A stretch of 64,000 nucleotides of DNA from the NCBI GenBank assembly GCA_945875805.1, contig CAMCLY010000001.1, positions 197-64,196 of the forward strand. Direction: 5' to 3'. Shown here piece after piece: positions 36,688 through 45,296 of the stretch. Both the position numbers and the translations under genes were made by a program. The stretch comes from an uncultured Myxococcales bacterium. GTDB taxonomy: Bacteria > Myxococcota_A > Bradymonadia > UBA4248. The first letter of the stretch is position 1; the number at the start of each line of letters is the position of its first letter. The notes under the pieces were generated by a model. That model saw only the letters and a program-made list of their open reading frames with translations. It did not search any database and had not been told where the DNA came from.

Positions 36688-37062
36688 ATGTCCAAGAAAA
36701 GAGGGCTTTTGTGGATGTCCGTGGCCGTGTTATCGTTATCCGGTATGCTGTCGTGTGGTGATAAGGGCGTTTCGTATGAAGCGTTTTGCGATTATGTCAC
36801 GTCATGTCGGATAGACGAGTTTGAAACCGATGCCGAATATGATGCGGCATTTCAGCAATGTATAGCGAAACAAACGCAATTGGATTCGGAAGCCCGCAGG
36901 GCTGGGTGCAAAGACGTTATCAAGGCGTTTAGGAAATGTATGTATGAATTGCCATGTGATGTGTATAAAGATGGTAAGAAGCTCGAATCGGAACTCTATG
37001 AATATTGCTATAATGAAAGTGTGGACTTCTCGATTTGTGCGTTGGAATATTCAAAGAAATGA
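36688..37062 (+). CDS. Small Cys-containing lipoprotein, paralog 2.
   Basis: The lipobox is MSKKRGLLWMSVAVLSLSGMLSC and GGAGGAGG lies upstream. The Cys spacing is conserved with the 36147 gene. Confidence 0.55.
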   Translation: MSKKRGLLWMSVAVLSLSGMLSCGDKGVSYEAFCDYVTSCRIDEFETDAEYDAAFQQCIAKQTQLDSEARRAGCKDVIKAFRKCMYELPCDVYKDGKKLESELYEYCYNESVDFSICALEYSKK

Positions 37063-37092
37063 TAGAATTTGTGAATGTTTATATTCATCTTA

Positions 37093-37116
37093 GCCCGGAA
37101 AGTTCCGGGCTTTTTT
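37093..37116 (+). terminator. Rho-independent terminator (gcccggaa-agt-tccgggc followed by T6).
   Basis: Read directly. Confidence 0.6.
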
Positions 37117-37227
37117 GTGCACGGGCGGCGGTGCCGAAATTTCGGTGAAACTGCGCTGGCTCTGTGGTAACATCCTCGCTGCTTTTGGATCGTTTGACAT
37201 TGTGGTTTGCATAAGGAGACTAGAGAA

Positions 37228-37962
37228 ATGGCAAAAGCGGCACAGGCAGGAGAGGAGAAAAATAAGCGCGCGCGTCGAGCCCCCAAAAAACAGGACGTAG
37301 AAACTCAGGACGTGGTGGAGAAAACGGTGACGACGGAATCGTCGAACGTGACAGAAGCGTCGAACGTGACAGAAGCGTCGAACGTGACGGAATCGTCGAA
37401 CGTGACAGAAGCGTCGAACGTGACGGAGGGGGCCTCGTTGGTTTCGGATGGGATTGCGCGCTATGATGTCATGATCACGAGCGAGCGCGCGGGATACAGG
37501 CCGCCCAAGGCGGCCGTGATGGCGATGGTCCAGCAGCTGGCGTTTCGCGGGCTCGCGTCTCCTGTTGAGGAAGCCATTGCCGAGACATGGGCCGAGATTT
37601 ATTTTTCGCCCGGGGTTTCGTCGCACGAAATTTTTATAGAGAAGGCGTATACGAGTGAAGCGCCCGTGTATCATGAAGCGGTGATGAAGTTTGCCGAGAA
37701 GCCGTTTTTTTGTGAGTATTCAGAAACGCCTCATCGTCCGCTGTACTGGTGTATCGAATTTCGCGGTTCCCGATTTGCGCAACCGCTGGGTTCGTTTAGG
37801 AAGCTTTTTATGGATGCGCTCAATCTCCGCGTGTCGGTGAGCGTGCGCGATGCGGCGCCGATACCGCCGCACAGGGTTGTGCCCGAAGACGAGCTTCCCG
37901 TCGAGAAGAAAAAGCATGAACGCGGCGCCGGTCTTGCCGGTTGTGAAGTTCAGGAAGTATAA
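37228..37962 (+). CDS. Hypothetical protein with a basic N-terminus and a 5 x (E[AS]SNVT) tandem repeat.
   Basis: The start was chosen at MAKAAQAG, after AGGAGACTAGAGAA. The C-terminal 150 aa show no recognised motif. Confidence 0.5.
   Translation: MAKAAQAGEEKNKRARRAPKKQDVETQDVVEKTVTTESSNVTEASNVTEASNVTESSNVTEASNVTEGASLVSDGIARYDVMITSERAGYRPPKAAVMAMVQQLAFRGLASPVEEAIAETWAEIYFSPGVSSHEIFIEKAYTSEAPVYHEAVMKFAEKPFFCEYSETPHRPLYWCIEFRGSRFAQPLGSFRKLFMDALNLRVSVSVRDAAPIPPHRVVPEDELPVEKKKHERGAGLAGCEVQEV
37336..37425 (+). repeat. A 5 x 18-bp in-frame tandem repeat (gaa[gt]cgtcgaacgtgac[ag]).
   Basis: Read directly. Confidence 0.85.
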
Positions 37963-38004
37963 TCCCCTTTCCCTCGCCAGTGGTGAGGATAAACGAGGTC
38001 AGTC

Positions 38005-38802
38005 ATGGCGATATTTTTTGGTGTTATTTTTATCATCGCAGCTGTGGTGTGTTTTTGTGTGCGTACATTCAGTACGCAACGTCGTCTGGGCAAACTCACC
38101 GGTTCGGAGCGCAAAAAAATTGGCGAAACGATAGAGGCATATCGTGAAACGAAAAAAGCCCTTGGAGATATGGGCGAAGAGAATTGCGTGTCTGAGGACA
38201 TGACGATCATGGGCATGCCTGACTGTGATTCGCCACTTATCAGTCCGCTTGGGCAAAAAGAGTGCATTTATTATTCGATGAAAGTGTCGTGCAAACGGAA
38301 GGAACGCGAAGAATATAAGGACAGCGAAGGGGTAACGCGCACGCGGACGGTTGAACGGGTGGAGGTTCTTGATCAAAGTACGAACTCGACGCGTTTTTCG
38401 ATTGACGACGGGACGGGCCGCGTGGTCGTCGATCCGCGCGATGCCGAGTATGACGGGCTCGTTCAGACGGTCAACTATTCCGAGGTGTATTCGAGCAACG
38501 GTCCGACGATTGGTTACGGCAAGTTCCAGCTGACGCTGGCGTCCTATGACAGGCGTCCTGAAACGATCAAGTACGAAGAGGAAATTATCGGTTTGGATCG
38601 TCCCCTTACGGTGGTGGGGAATCTCTGTGACAAGATGGGGAATTTGTTGATCGAGAAGAATGGCAAGAGTCGTGTGCTCATTTCGACCAAATCTCATGAG
38701 GAACTCATTCACGAAGCCCAGGCGAGTATGAAAAAACTTCTCATTGCCACGGTTGTGTGTGGAATACTGGGGGTTGTGATTACCATTTTTGGCCTGATAT
38801 AA
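38005..38802 (+). CDS. Membrane protein with one N-terminal and one C-terminal TM helix, possibly a GIDE-like domain family member.
   Basis: The hydrophobic N-terminus is MAIFFGVIFIIAAVVCFCV and the C-terminus is LLIATVVCGILGVVITIFGLI. It lies 42 bp after the previous gene. Confidence 0.45.
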   Translation: MAIFFGVIFIIAAVVCFCVRTFSTQRRLGKLTGSERKKIGETIEAYRETKKALGDMGEENCVSEDMTIMGMPDCDSPLISPLGQKECIYYSMKVSCKRKEREEYKDSEGVTRTRTVERVEVLDQSTNSTRFSIDDGTGRVVVDPRDAEYDGLVQTVNYSEVYSSNGPTIGYGKFQLTLASYDRRPETIKYEEEIIGLDRPLTVVGNLCDKMGNLLIEKNGKSRVLISTKSHEELIHEAQASMKKLLIATVVCGILGVVITIFGLI

Positions 38803-38835
38803 ATTTTCTAATAATAGATATTTGTGTGTCGATAT

Positions 38836-38866
38836 AAAAAAAGCTCCGTTTGACGGAGCTTTTTTT
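38836..38866. terminator. Bidirectional terminator within the 21-bp perfect palindrome gtcgatataaaaaaagctccg / cggagctttttttatatcgac.
   Basis: The hairpin AGCTCCGtttgaCGGAGCT has an A-run 5' and a T-run 3'. It sits between convergent genes. Confidence 0.65.
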
Positions 38867-38893
38867 ATATCGACATGAATCTTAAATTAGAAT

Positions 38894-39412
38894 CTATTGA
38901 ATGACGGTTTTGGCGCAAATGGCGCGCAAACTTTTCAATCCTTCTTTGGAGGAGCCTTCGATACCGGTGACGACGTATCCGGCCGGGCATTCGAGTTTGA
39001 AGTTATCGTTTTCGGCCTCGCCGACGCTTGGCGTTCGGACGGTCTGAGGTGCTTGGGCGACGATTTGTTTTTGAGTCTGAACTTTTTGACGAGTGAGTTC
39101 TTTTCCGTCGAGGAGGACGGCGACATAGAGTTCGGAACGAGACGTTTTGATGGTCGTCTGTTCGCCGAGGGCGATGGCGTAATTCCCGTCGACAACGGCG
39201 ACGAAATGTTTTTCGACGGCGAGGGTTTTTTTGTCGTTTGGCGAGGCGTAGATGCGAAATTCCAGGGGCAGGACGCCGGAGACGGGGGCGGCATTTTGAT
39301 CGACGAGTTCGCCGGAAAAGTCGACGATGGTCTGCAGGGATTCGGCGGCAAGGGCATGTGTGGCGGGCATGGCCAGAGCGACAGCGATGGCGAGTGCAAA
39401 GAAAATTTTCAT
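38894..39412 (-). CDS. Secreted hypothetical protein.
   Basis: The signal is MKIFFALAIAVALAMPATHALAA. The protein is 172 aa. Confidence 0.5.
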   Translation of the reverse strand: MKIFFALAIAVALAMPATHALAAESLQTIVDFSGELVDQNAAPVSGVLPLEFRIYASPNDKKTLAVEKHFVAVVDGNYAIALGEQTTIKTSRSELYVAVLLDGKELTRQKVQTQKQIVAQAPQTVRTPSVGEAENDNFKLECPAGYVVTGIEGSSKEGLKSLRAICAKTVIQ

Positions 39413-39630
39413 GGGATTGTCGAGGTGAAAAGAAGGTGAGTGAATCCGCATGGGGTAGGCGGTATGAGCGATGTGAGGGGGTAGGCGCGTATCGCGCGGT
39501 GGTCTAAAAAACGGCGATGCGGTCTATTATGTGGCGTCCGATTATGGCGCCTTGTTTCATGCACCGCGCGATAGCGACGTAGGGGGAGGCTTCCCCCCCC
39601 CCAAAAAAAACACCACAGGATTGGAAGGGG

Positions 39631-41487
39631 TTATTTGTTGGTCATTTCGGCGGCAGAGAGCAATTGAACCAGAGATTTGACGTCGGATTCTGTGTTGGGG
39701 ATGGCGGCGAGTTCGGCGATCAGGTCGCGGGCGTCCGAGAAGTTTTTGTCACGGATGGCGCTTTTAGCGTGTTTTTGGATGTTTGCGATACTATTTTTTT
39801 CGATATTGTCGCGGAACTGCATAGCGGCTTTGTAGCTGACACTCCCTTGGTTGACGGTGTTGAGGTATTGGATGGCCTCGCGCTGTTTATCGAGGGGTGC
39901 GGTGAGATTTCGGGCAGTTCTTCGGTTGTCGATTTCGAGATCGATGTCTCTTTCACGGATGATGAGGGTGTTATAGCGCTCAAGGAAGTTTTTGTCTTTG
40001 AACAAGGCGTTGTCTGGGTCTTTTGCCTTTGCGCTTTCGAGGTATTTTTGCGCGTCGTCATAGCGGTTGTCGGAGAGGGCTTTTGCGCTGAGTGAGATTT
40101 CTTCTTCGATGGCGGCGATGGTGGCTTTGCGCGTTTCGTTGTCGTTGCTGTTCATGAAGACGAAGATGAGGTAGGCCAGGGAGCCTAGGGCGAAGACGCC
40201 GAGTGCGCAGAGCAGGAGGATGGACCATAGTGGAGTGGTGTTGACGTCGCGCAGGTTTGGAGCGTAGGACATCATGTAGGGGCTGGTCATGGGGGAAGCG
40301 CCGGGCCATTGTGGGGCGGCGAGTCCACCGCCCTGTCGTTCGAGCATGGGCTCCATTTGTTGGGGCTGTGGTCCGGCGGGGATGGATGGGCGTGGATCTT
40401 CGGCAGGCGCGGAGACGGAGGGGGGGGCGCCATGGTTCATGGAGGTATTTTTCTGGTTGGGGTGGTATTCGACTTTGGGCGCGCCTTTCCACAATTCGTC
40501 GGGGTCGCCGCCGGACTGTTCAAATCTGAAACGAATGGAACCGATTTCGATGATATCTCCGTTTCTGAGCTGTCCGACGCGGATTCGGTATCCGTTGAGG
40601 AGTGTGCCGTTGGCGCTTTCGTTGTCGCGGATGCGGAATCCCTCGCGGAACTTGTCGATATCGGCGTGGTGTCGGCTGATGGCGATATCTGATGAGATGG
40701 CGATATCGTTTTTGTTGACGCGTCCGATGGTGGTTTTGTCGCGCACGAGGATGTATTCGCGCTGGCTTGTCTTGCCGGATTCGACGATGAGTTTACCCGA
40801 GAGGGGATCGTAGTCCATGGCACTCATGTTGATTTGAGTTTTCTGGCTTTCTTCGTCGAGTTCGAGATCGTCAGGCATCTCGCTAATCATCTGAGTTTTC
40901 TCGCCGGCGTCGTCGGGGGATTCCTCTTCGTACTGGAGTTCGTCGCCGTTATTTTCGGCGGCAGCGCCGCCGAAAATGGGGGCATTGTCTTCGGGTTGTG
41001 ATGCGGGGGCGGGCTGGGCGTCGACGTTGGCGAAGGGGTCGGGCTGGGCGTCGACGTTGGCGAAGGGGTCGGGCTGGGCATTGATACCGGCGAAGGGGTT
41101 GGGCTGGGCATTGATACCGGCGAAGGGATCGGCTTCTTTAGATTTCTGGGCGTTTTCGTCCGAAGGAATGCTGGAGACTGCCGAAGGAATGCTTGAAATA
41201 TTTGAGACTGGAGAGGAACCGGCTGTCTGTTGTACGCGCATTTCGGCGAGGGCTTTTTCGATGGCCTCCGGGCTTGGCTGGGCGACAGCCTCTGTGGCGC
41301 CGGATTCTGCGTCGAGATCGGGCAGAGAGGGTTCGGGGAGTTGTGTCGCCTTGGGCGACAGGGCGGGAATGTTTGAGGCGGCCTCTTTCTTTCCAAGTGC
41401 AGGGAGTTTTGGCAACGGGCTGTGTACCTGGGGGAGACGAGGAAGTTTGTTGTTACCCTTGGAATCGTTAAAAGGACTTCCGGCCAT
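39631..41487 (-). CDS. FHA-domain membrane protein with an N-terminal Pro/Ala-rich repeat region and a C-terminal helical domain.
   Basis: The FHA core is TTIGRVNKNDIAISSDIAISRHHADI...ANGTLLNGYRI...GDIIEIGSIRFRF. A TM helix follows (LWSILLLCALGVFALGSLAYLIFVF). The start was chosen at MAGSPFND. Confidence 0.7.
   Translation of the reverse strand: MAGSPFNDSKGNNKLPRLPQVHSPLPKLPALGKKEAASNIPALSPKATQLPEPSLPDLDAESGATEAVAQPSPEAIEKALAEMRVQQTAGSSPVSNISSIPSAVSSIPSDENAQKSKEADPFAGINAQPNPFAGINAQPDPFANVDAQPDPFANVDAQPAPASQPEDNAPIFGGAAAENNGDELQYEEESPDDAGEKTQMISEMPDDLELDEESQKTQINMSAMDYDPLSGKLIVESGKTSQREYILVRDKTTIGRVNKNDIAISSDIAISRHHADIDKFREGFRIRDNESANGTLLNGYRIRVGQLRNGDIIEIGSIRFRFEQSGGDPDELWKGAPKVEYHPNQKNTSMNHGAPPSVSAPAEDPRPSIPAGPQPQQMEPMLERQGGGLAAPQWPGASPMTSPYMMSYAPNLRDVNTTPLWSILLLCALGVFALGSLAYLIFVFMNSNDNETRKATIAAIEEEISLSAKALSDNRYDDAQKYLESAKAKDPDNALFKDKNFLERYNTLIIRERDIDLEIDNRRTARNLTAPLDKQREAIQYLNTVNQGSVSYKAAMQFRDNIEKNSIANIQKHAKSAIRDKNFSDARDLIAELAAIPNTESDVKSLVQLLSAAEMTNK
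41011..41130 (-). repeat. A 4 x 30-bp in-frame tandem repeat encoding DPFANVDAQP/NPFAGINAQP in the FHA protein.
   Basis: Unit starts on the plus strand are at 41011, 41041, 41071 and 41101. Confidence 0.85.
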
Positions 41488-41842
41488 AACCAACCTATAT
41501 TGAGGAAGGGCGCAAAGTGTTGCGCGGTGTGTGTGAGTTCGGCGCCCATAAAAATCGACGGGCCTATAGAAACTCGCTCTTTTAATCCATTTGCCGACAT
41601 CATGCAAGAAACGCCGGAAACGGGTTTTTGGCGGACGGGGCGTGGCCGTGGAGAGGGCGAGGGCGGGTGAAATAGTGATAAACTCGCGGGGGATTTTGGG
41701 CTATAAGGACGCCTGTTTTGGGCGTCGCGTGCGATGATGAGGTGGGCGACGCATGTTGACGGGCCTCGGCCTGGTTGCCGGGCCGGCAGATTCGGGCGGA
41801 ATTTGCCCGACAGATGGAGTTCATCGACAAGGATTTTCTGGT

Positions 41843-42643
41843 ATGTCTGAAATCGTACTCAAAAGCCGAGAGGAGATCGAGGCCATGCGTCATGCCTGCC
41901 GACTGGCAGCCCAGACGCTCGAAGAAGCCGCCAAAATGGTCAAGCCCGGCGAGAATACGCTCGCGATTAACGATTTTGTCCATGAATACACGATAAAGCA
42001 TCACGCCATTCCGGCCCCTTTGCATTATTGCGGGTATCCCAAATCGTGTTGTATTTCGATCAATGACGTCATTTGTCATGGCATTCCGAGCAAAAATGCA
42101 GTGCTTCGGGATGGCGATATCGTCAACATCGACATTACGTCCATTTTGGATGGTTGGCACGGCGATGTGTCGGCGACATTTTATGTCGGGACGCCTTCTC
42201 CGGAAGCCGTCAATCTGGTCGAAACGACGCGACGATGCCTTGAGATTGGAATTGCCGAAGTGCGGCCCGAGGCGCGGCTGGGCGATATTGGCGCGGCCAT
42301 TCAGACGTTTGCCGAGGGGCGCGGATTTTCGGTGGTGCGCGATTACGTCGGTCATGGCGTGGGACGCAAATTTCACGAAGAACCTCAGGTCGCCCATTAT
42401 GGCAAGCGTCACAAGGGGTTGCGCCTTCTGGAGGGGATGACCTTCACCATTGAGCCTATGATCAATGCTGGCGACTGGAGAATGCGCATTCTCGATGACA
42501 ACTGGACGTCTGTCACGCTCGATCACAAGTGGTCGGCCCAGTTTGAACACACCCTGGCGGTGACCGAAAATGGATGCGAGATCCTCACGGCGTTCAGCGG
42601 TCCGCTGGCGAATTCCGTGACGCCGGAGCATTTCAAGTTCTGA
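41843..42643 (+). CDS. map: Methionine aminopeptidase, type I.
   Basis: The ORF begins MSEIVLKSREEIEAMRHACRLAAQ... The metal ligands are in context (DIVNIDITS, HGDVSATF, GHGVGRKFHE, TIEPMIN). Confidence 0.9.
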   Translation: MSEIVLKSREEIEAMRHACRLAAQTLEEAAKMVKPGENTLAINDFVHEYTIKHHAIPAPLHYCGYPKSCCISINDVICHGIPSKNAVLRDGDIVNIDITSILDGWHGDVSATFYVGTPSPEAVNLVETTRRCLEIGIAEVRPEARLGDIGAAIQTFAEGRGFSVVRDYVGHGVGRKFHEEPQVAHYGKRHKGLRLLEGMTFTIEPMINAGDWRMRILDDNWTSVTLDHKWSAQFEHTLAVTENGCEILTAFSGPLANSVTPEHFKF

Positions 42644-42740
42644 GACGCTTTGGGGTATGGAATGTCCGAGAGGGGGGGGGCGGCGATATCCGAACGGGGG
42701 CGTCATGTGGCGTGAGTGGGGGACGGCGAGAAACGAATGA

Positions 42741-45164
42741 TTGCGCTCTCCTTTTTGGGGGAGGGGGCGGGCAGAGAGGTCAGAGGGGACAATTTTGGAC
42801 GGAAGTAAGTTCGCCCTGCCGCCCAAGGCGGCCACATCAGAGAGTCGGCTGCGACAGCGTCTGGGTCGTACATGGCACGCTTTTTTTGCGCGTTTTCCGC
42901 ATCTTCGCGATATTCAGAAAGCTGCCATTGAGCCGATTTTGCGGGGTGAGTCGCTTATCGTCAATGCACCGACGGCGGCGGGCAAAACCGAGGCGTTGCT
43001 GGCACCAGTCATTGAGCGGTACTTGGACAACCGCACGGCGTGTCGGGGAGAGGGAATGCAGGTGTCGGGGACGTCTGCATCGCCCGTGGGGGGGGCGGTT
43101 GTCCAAAGTCAGGCCGAACAGCCTTCGGCGACGTGGCTGGACGCGATGAGCCGAACCAAATCCGCGCGTTTTTACAGCGGACGGACGGCGCCGGAGATCA
43201 CCCGGGCGAGGCGATCCCAATCGGCCATGGGGCACACCGACACGGGGAAGGGGCCGGCCATTCTCATCGTCGCCCCGACGAAGGCGTTGTGCAACGATTT
43301 GTATCGGCGTATGGCGACGCCCATCCAGAACACCGGATTGACGGTGGCGTTGCGCACCGGTGACAATCCAGCGTTTAACCTCGAACAGCCGCCGCAGGTA
43401 CTTGTCACGACCCCGGAATCGCTCGATTCCCTTCTGGCCCGTCGCCCGGCGGCGTTCAGGTACATCGAATCCATCATCATCGACGAAATCCATCTGGTGT
43501 GTGCCAGCGGACGCGGGGATCAACTGCAATGCCTCATCGCGCGTTTGCGCGTCCTTTGTGGACGTGATTTTCAGATTTGTGCATCGAGTGCGACCGTTCC
43601 GGAACTCGACCGCATCGCGCGCGATTTTATCGGTCCCACGGGCCGCACGCTGTCGAGCGAGGCCGGCGCGAGGGAAATCCATGCGTCGATGCACACCATT
43701 CGGACCGATCCACAAATGGCCGTCGAGGATACCGCCAGGTATCTCGAACAGTTGCTCGACGAATCCCCTCAACGCAAGATTTTGGCGTTCTGCAACTCTC
43801 GGGCGAATGTCGAAAACATCGTTTTTGCGTTGCGCCACCATGCGTCCAGTCCGACGGTTTCCGCGCGAGTCTTTGCGCATCACGGGTCGTTGTCCAAAGA
43901 GGAGCGCCTCCGCACCGAACAGCAGTTTTTGCGCGCCCGGAATGCCGTATGCGTGGCGACGAGTACGCTGGAACTCGGCATCGACATCGGCGACGTCGAC
44001 CGCATCGTTCTTTTGGGACCGCCTCCCGACGTGCCTTCTCTCATCCAGCGGATCGGGCGTGGCTGTCGAACCCGGGAGTCCGTGACCGCCTGTTGTTTGG
44101 CCGATTCTCCGTTCAGTGCCAACCGTTTTTACCATCTCGTCGAGTGTGCGCGCCACGAGTGTCTTTTTCCCGACCCCGTCGCCATTCGTCCGACGACGCT
44201 TGTCCAGCAGGCCCTCTCGATATGTCTGCAAAACCCAAGCGCCTGGATCGCAAAACAGGCGCTTTATGAGCGCATCGCGCCGTCGGCGCAGGCGCTCTAT
44301 TCTCCCGACGACTGCGGCCGCATTCTCGACGCCATGACCCAGCACGGATTGTTGCGCAAGGTCGAGCGCGGACGCTACGTGCCCGAAGCCAAGACTCAGT
44401 TCCTCTTCGATCGAGGGCTGATGCACTCCATGATTGCCGATCGCGGCGAGACCGACGTCGTCGATTCCGTCACGGGGCGCACCCTGGGATCCGTTTGTCT
44501 CAAAAAGTCCAACAAAGACGCCGTGGCCATGGGCAATGATGTCACCCTCACCCTGGCCGGTGCCGCCCACACCATTTCGTGCATTCGCGACAAGAAAATA
44601 TTTGTCAAGCGCGGCGACGAATCCGAAACCATGGCCTTTATGGCTCTCGAACCGCCGCGTTACTCTCTGGGACTCGCCCGGAGTTTTGCCCGGTTCATGC
44701 ACATTCCCGATGACGCGCTCTATCTGAGGGCTGTCCCGCAGATGGTGGATTCCTACCAGAATTTCACCCCCCAGTCCGGCGACGCGCTGAAACTCGACGT
44801 GCCGTCTACCGCCGTTTTTAACGCCGATTATCACGTCAATCATTTTATGGGGACTTTGGGCAGTTCCCTGCTGGAACTTTTCTTTGACGGCAAGGGCGCC
44901 CCCGTCCGAAAGGGCTCGCGCAGTCCCTTTTTTATGCGTCTGACGGTGCGTCCGTCGTTTGCGTCTTTTCCCGACGAAGCACGCCTGACCACGGCCTTTG
45001 AACTTTATATCCGTGGAAATCCTGCGCGCTTTGCGAGACTGCTTCAGCCCGGTCCATGGCTCGCCATCATTCCCGAAGACATTACCCTCAAATGGTTGCT
45101 CAACTCCATTGATGTTCGTGCCTATGCCAGGGTCCTCGCCGACAAACCCCTGGTCATTTTATAA
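42741..45164 (+). CDS. DExH-box helicase of the Lhr-core type (about 800 aa) with a roughly 75-aa insertion between motifs I and Ia.
   Basis: The motifs are APTAAGKT (I), APTKALCNDL (Ia), DEIH (II), SAT (III) and QRIGRGCR (VI). A roughly 330-aa non-helicase C-terminal region is consistent with the Lhr WH plus domain 4. Confidence 0.7.
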   Translation: MRSPFWGRGRAERSEGTILDGSKFALPPKAATSESRLRQRLGRTWHAFFARFPHLRDIQKAAIEPILRGESLIVNAPTAAGKTEALLAPVIERYLDNRTACRGEGMQVSGTSASPVGGAVVQSQAEQPSATWLDAMSRTKSARFYSGRTAPEITRARRSQSAMGHTDTGKGPAILIVAPTKALCNDLYRRMATPIQNTGLTVALRTGDNPAFNLEQPPQVLVTTPESLDSLLARRPAAFRYIESIIIDEIHLVCASGRGDQLQCLIARLRVLCGRDFQICASSATVPELDRIARDFIGPTGRTLSSEAGAREIHASMHTIRTDPQMAVEDTARYLEQLLDESPQRKILAFCNSRANVENIVFALRHHASSPTVSARVFAHHGSLSKEERLRTEQQFLRARNAVCVATSTLELGIDIGDVDRIVLLGPPPDVPSLIQRIGRGCRTRESVTACCLADSPFSANRFYHLVECARHECLFPDPVAIRPTTLVQQALSICLQNPSAWIAKQALYERIAPSAQALYSPDDCGRILDAMTQHGLLRKVERGRYVPEAKTQFLFDRGLMHSMIADRGETDVVDSVTGRTLGSVCLKKSNKDAVAMGNDVTLTLAGAAHTISCIRDKKIFVKRGDESETMAFMALEPPRYSLGLARSFARFMHIPDDALYLRAVPQMVDSYQNFTPQSGDALKLDVPSTAVFNADYHVNHFMGTLGSSLLELFFDGKGAPVRKGSRSPFFMRLTVRPSFASFPDEARLTTAFELYIRGNPARFARLLQPGPWLAIIPEDITLKWLLNSIDVRAYARVLADKPLVIL

Positions 45165-45296
45165 TGATGTTTGTAGATATATGATTTTGTACATAATTTG
45201 ATAGTCTTGGATTGGTACATTATATATAAATGTATGTCATTTGTATGTTTCAAAATTCGATTGCCCCTTCAACAAATATAGGAATGATGGATCATC

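Noticed and set aside
42837-44843. A 668-aa minus-strand ORF.
   Set aside because: It is antisense to the DExH helicase, which has ordered helicase motifs I-VI on the plus strand.
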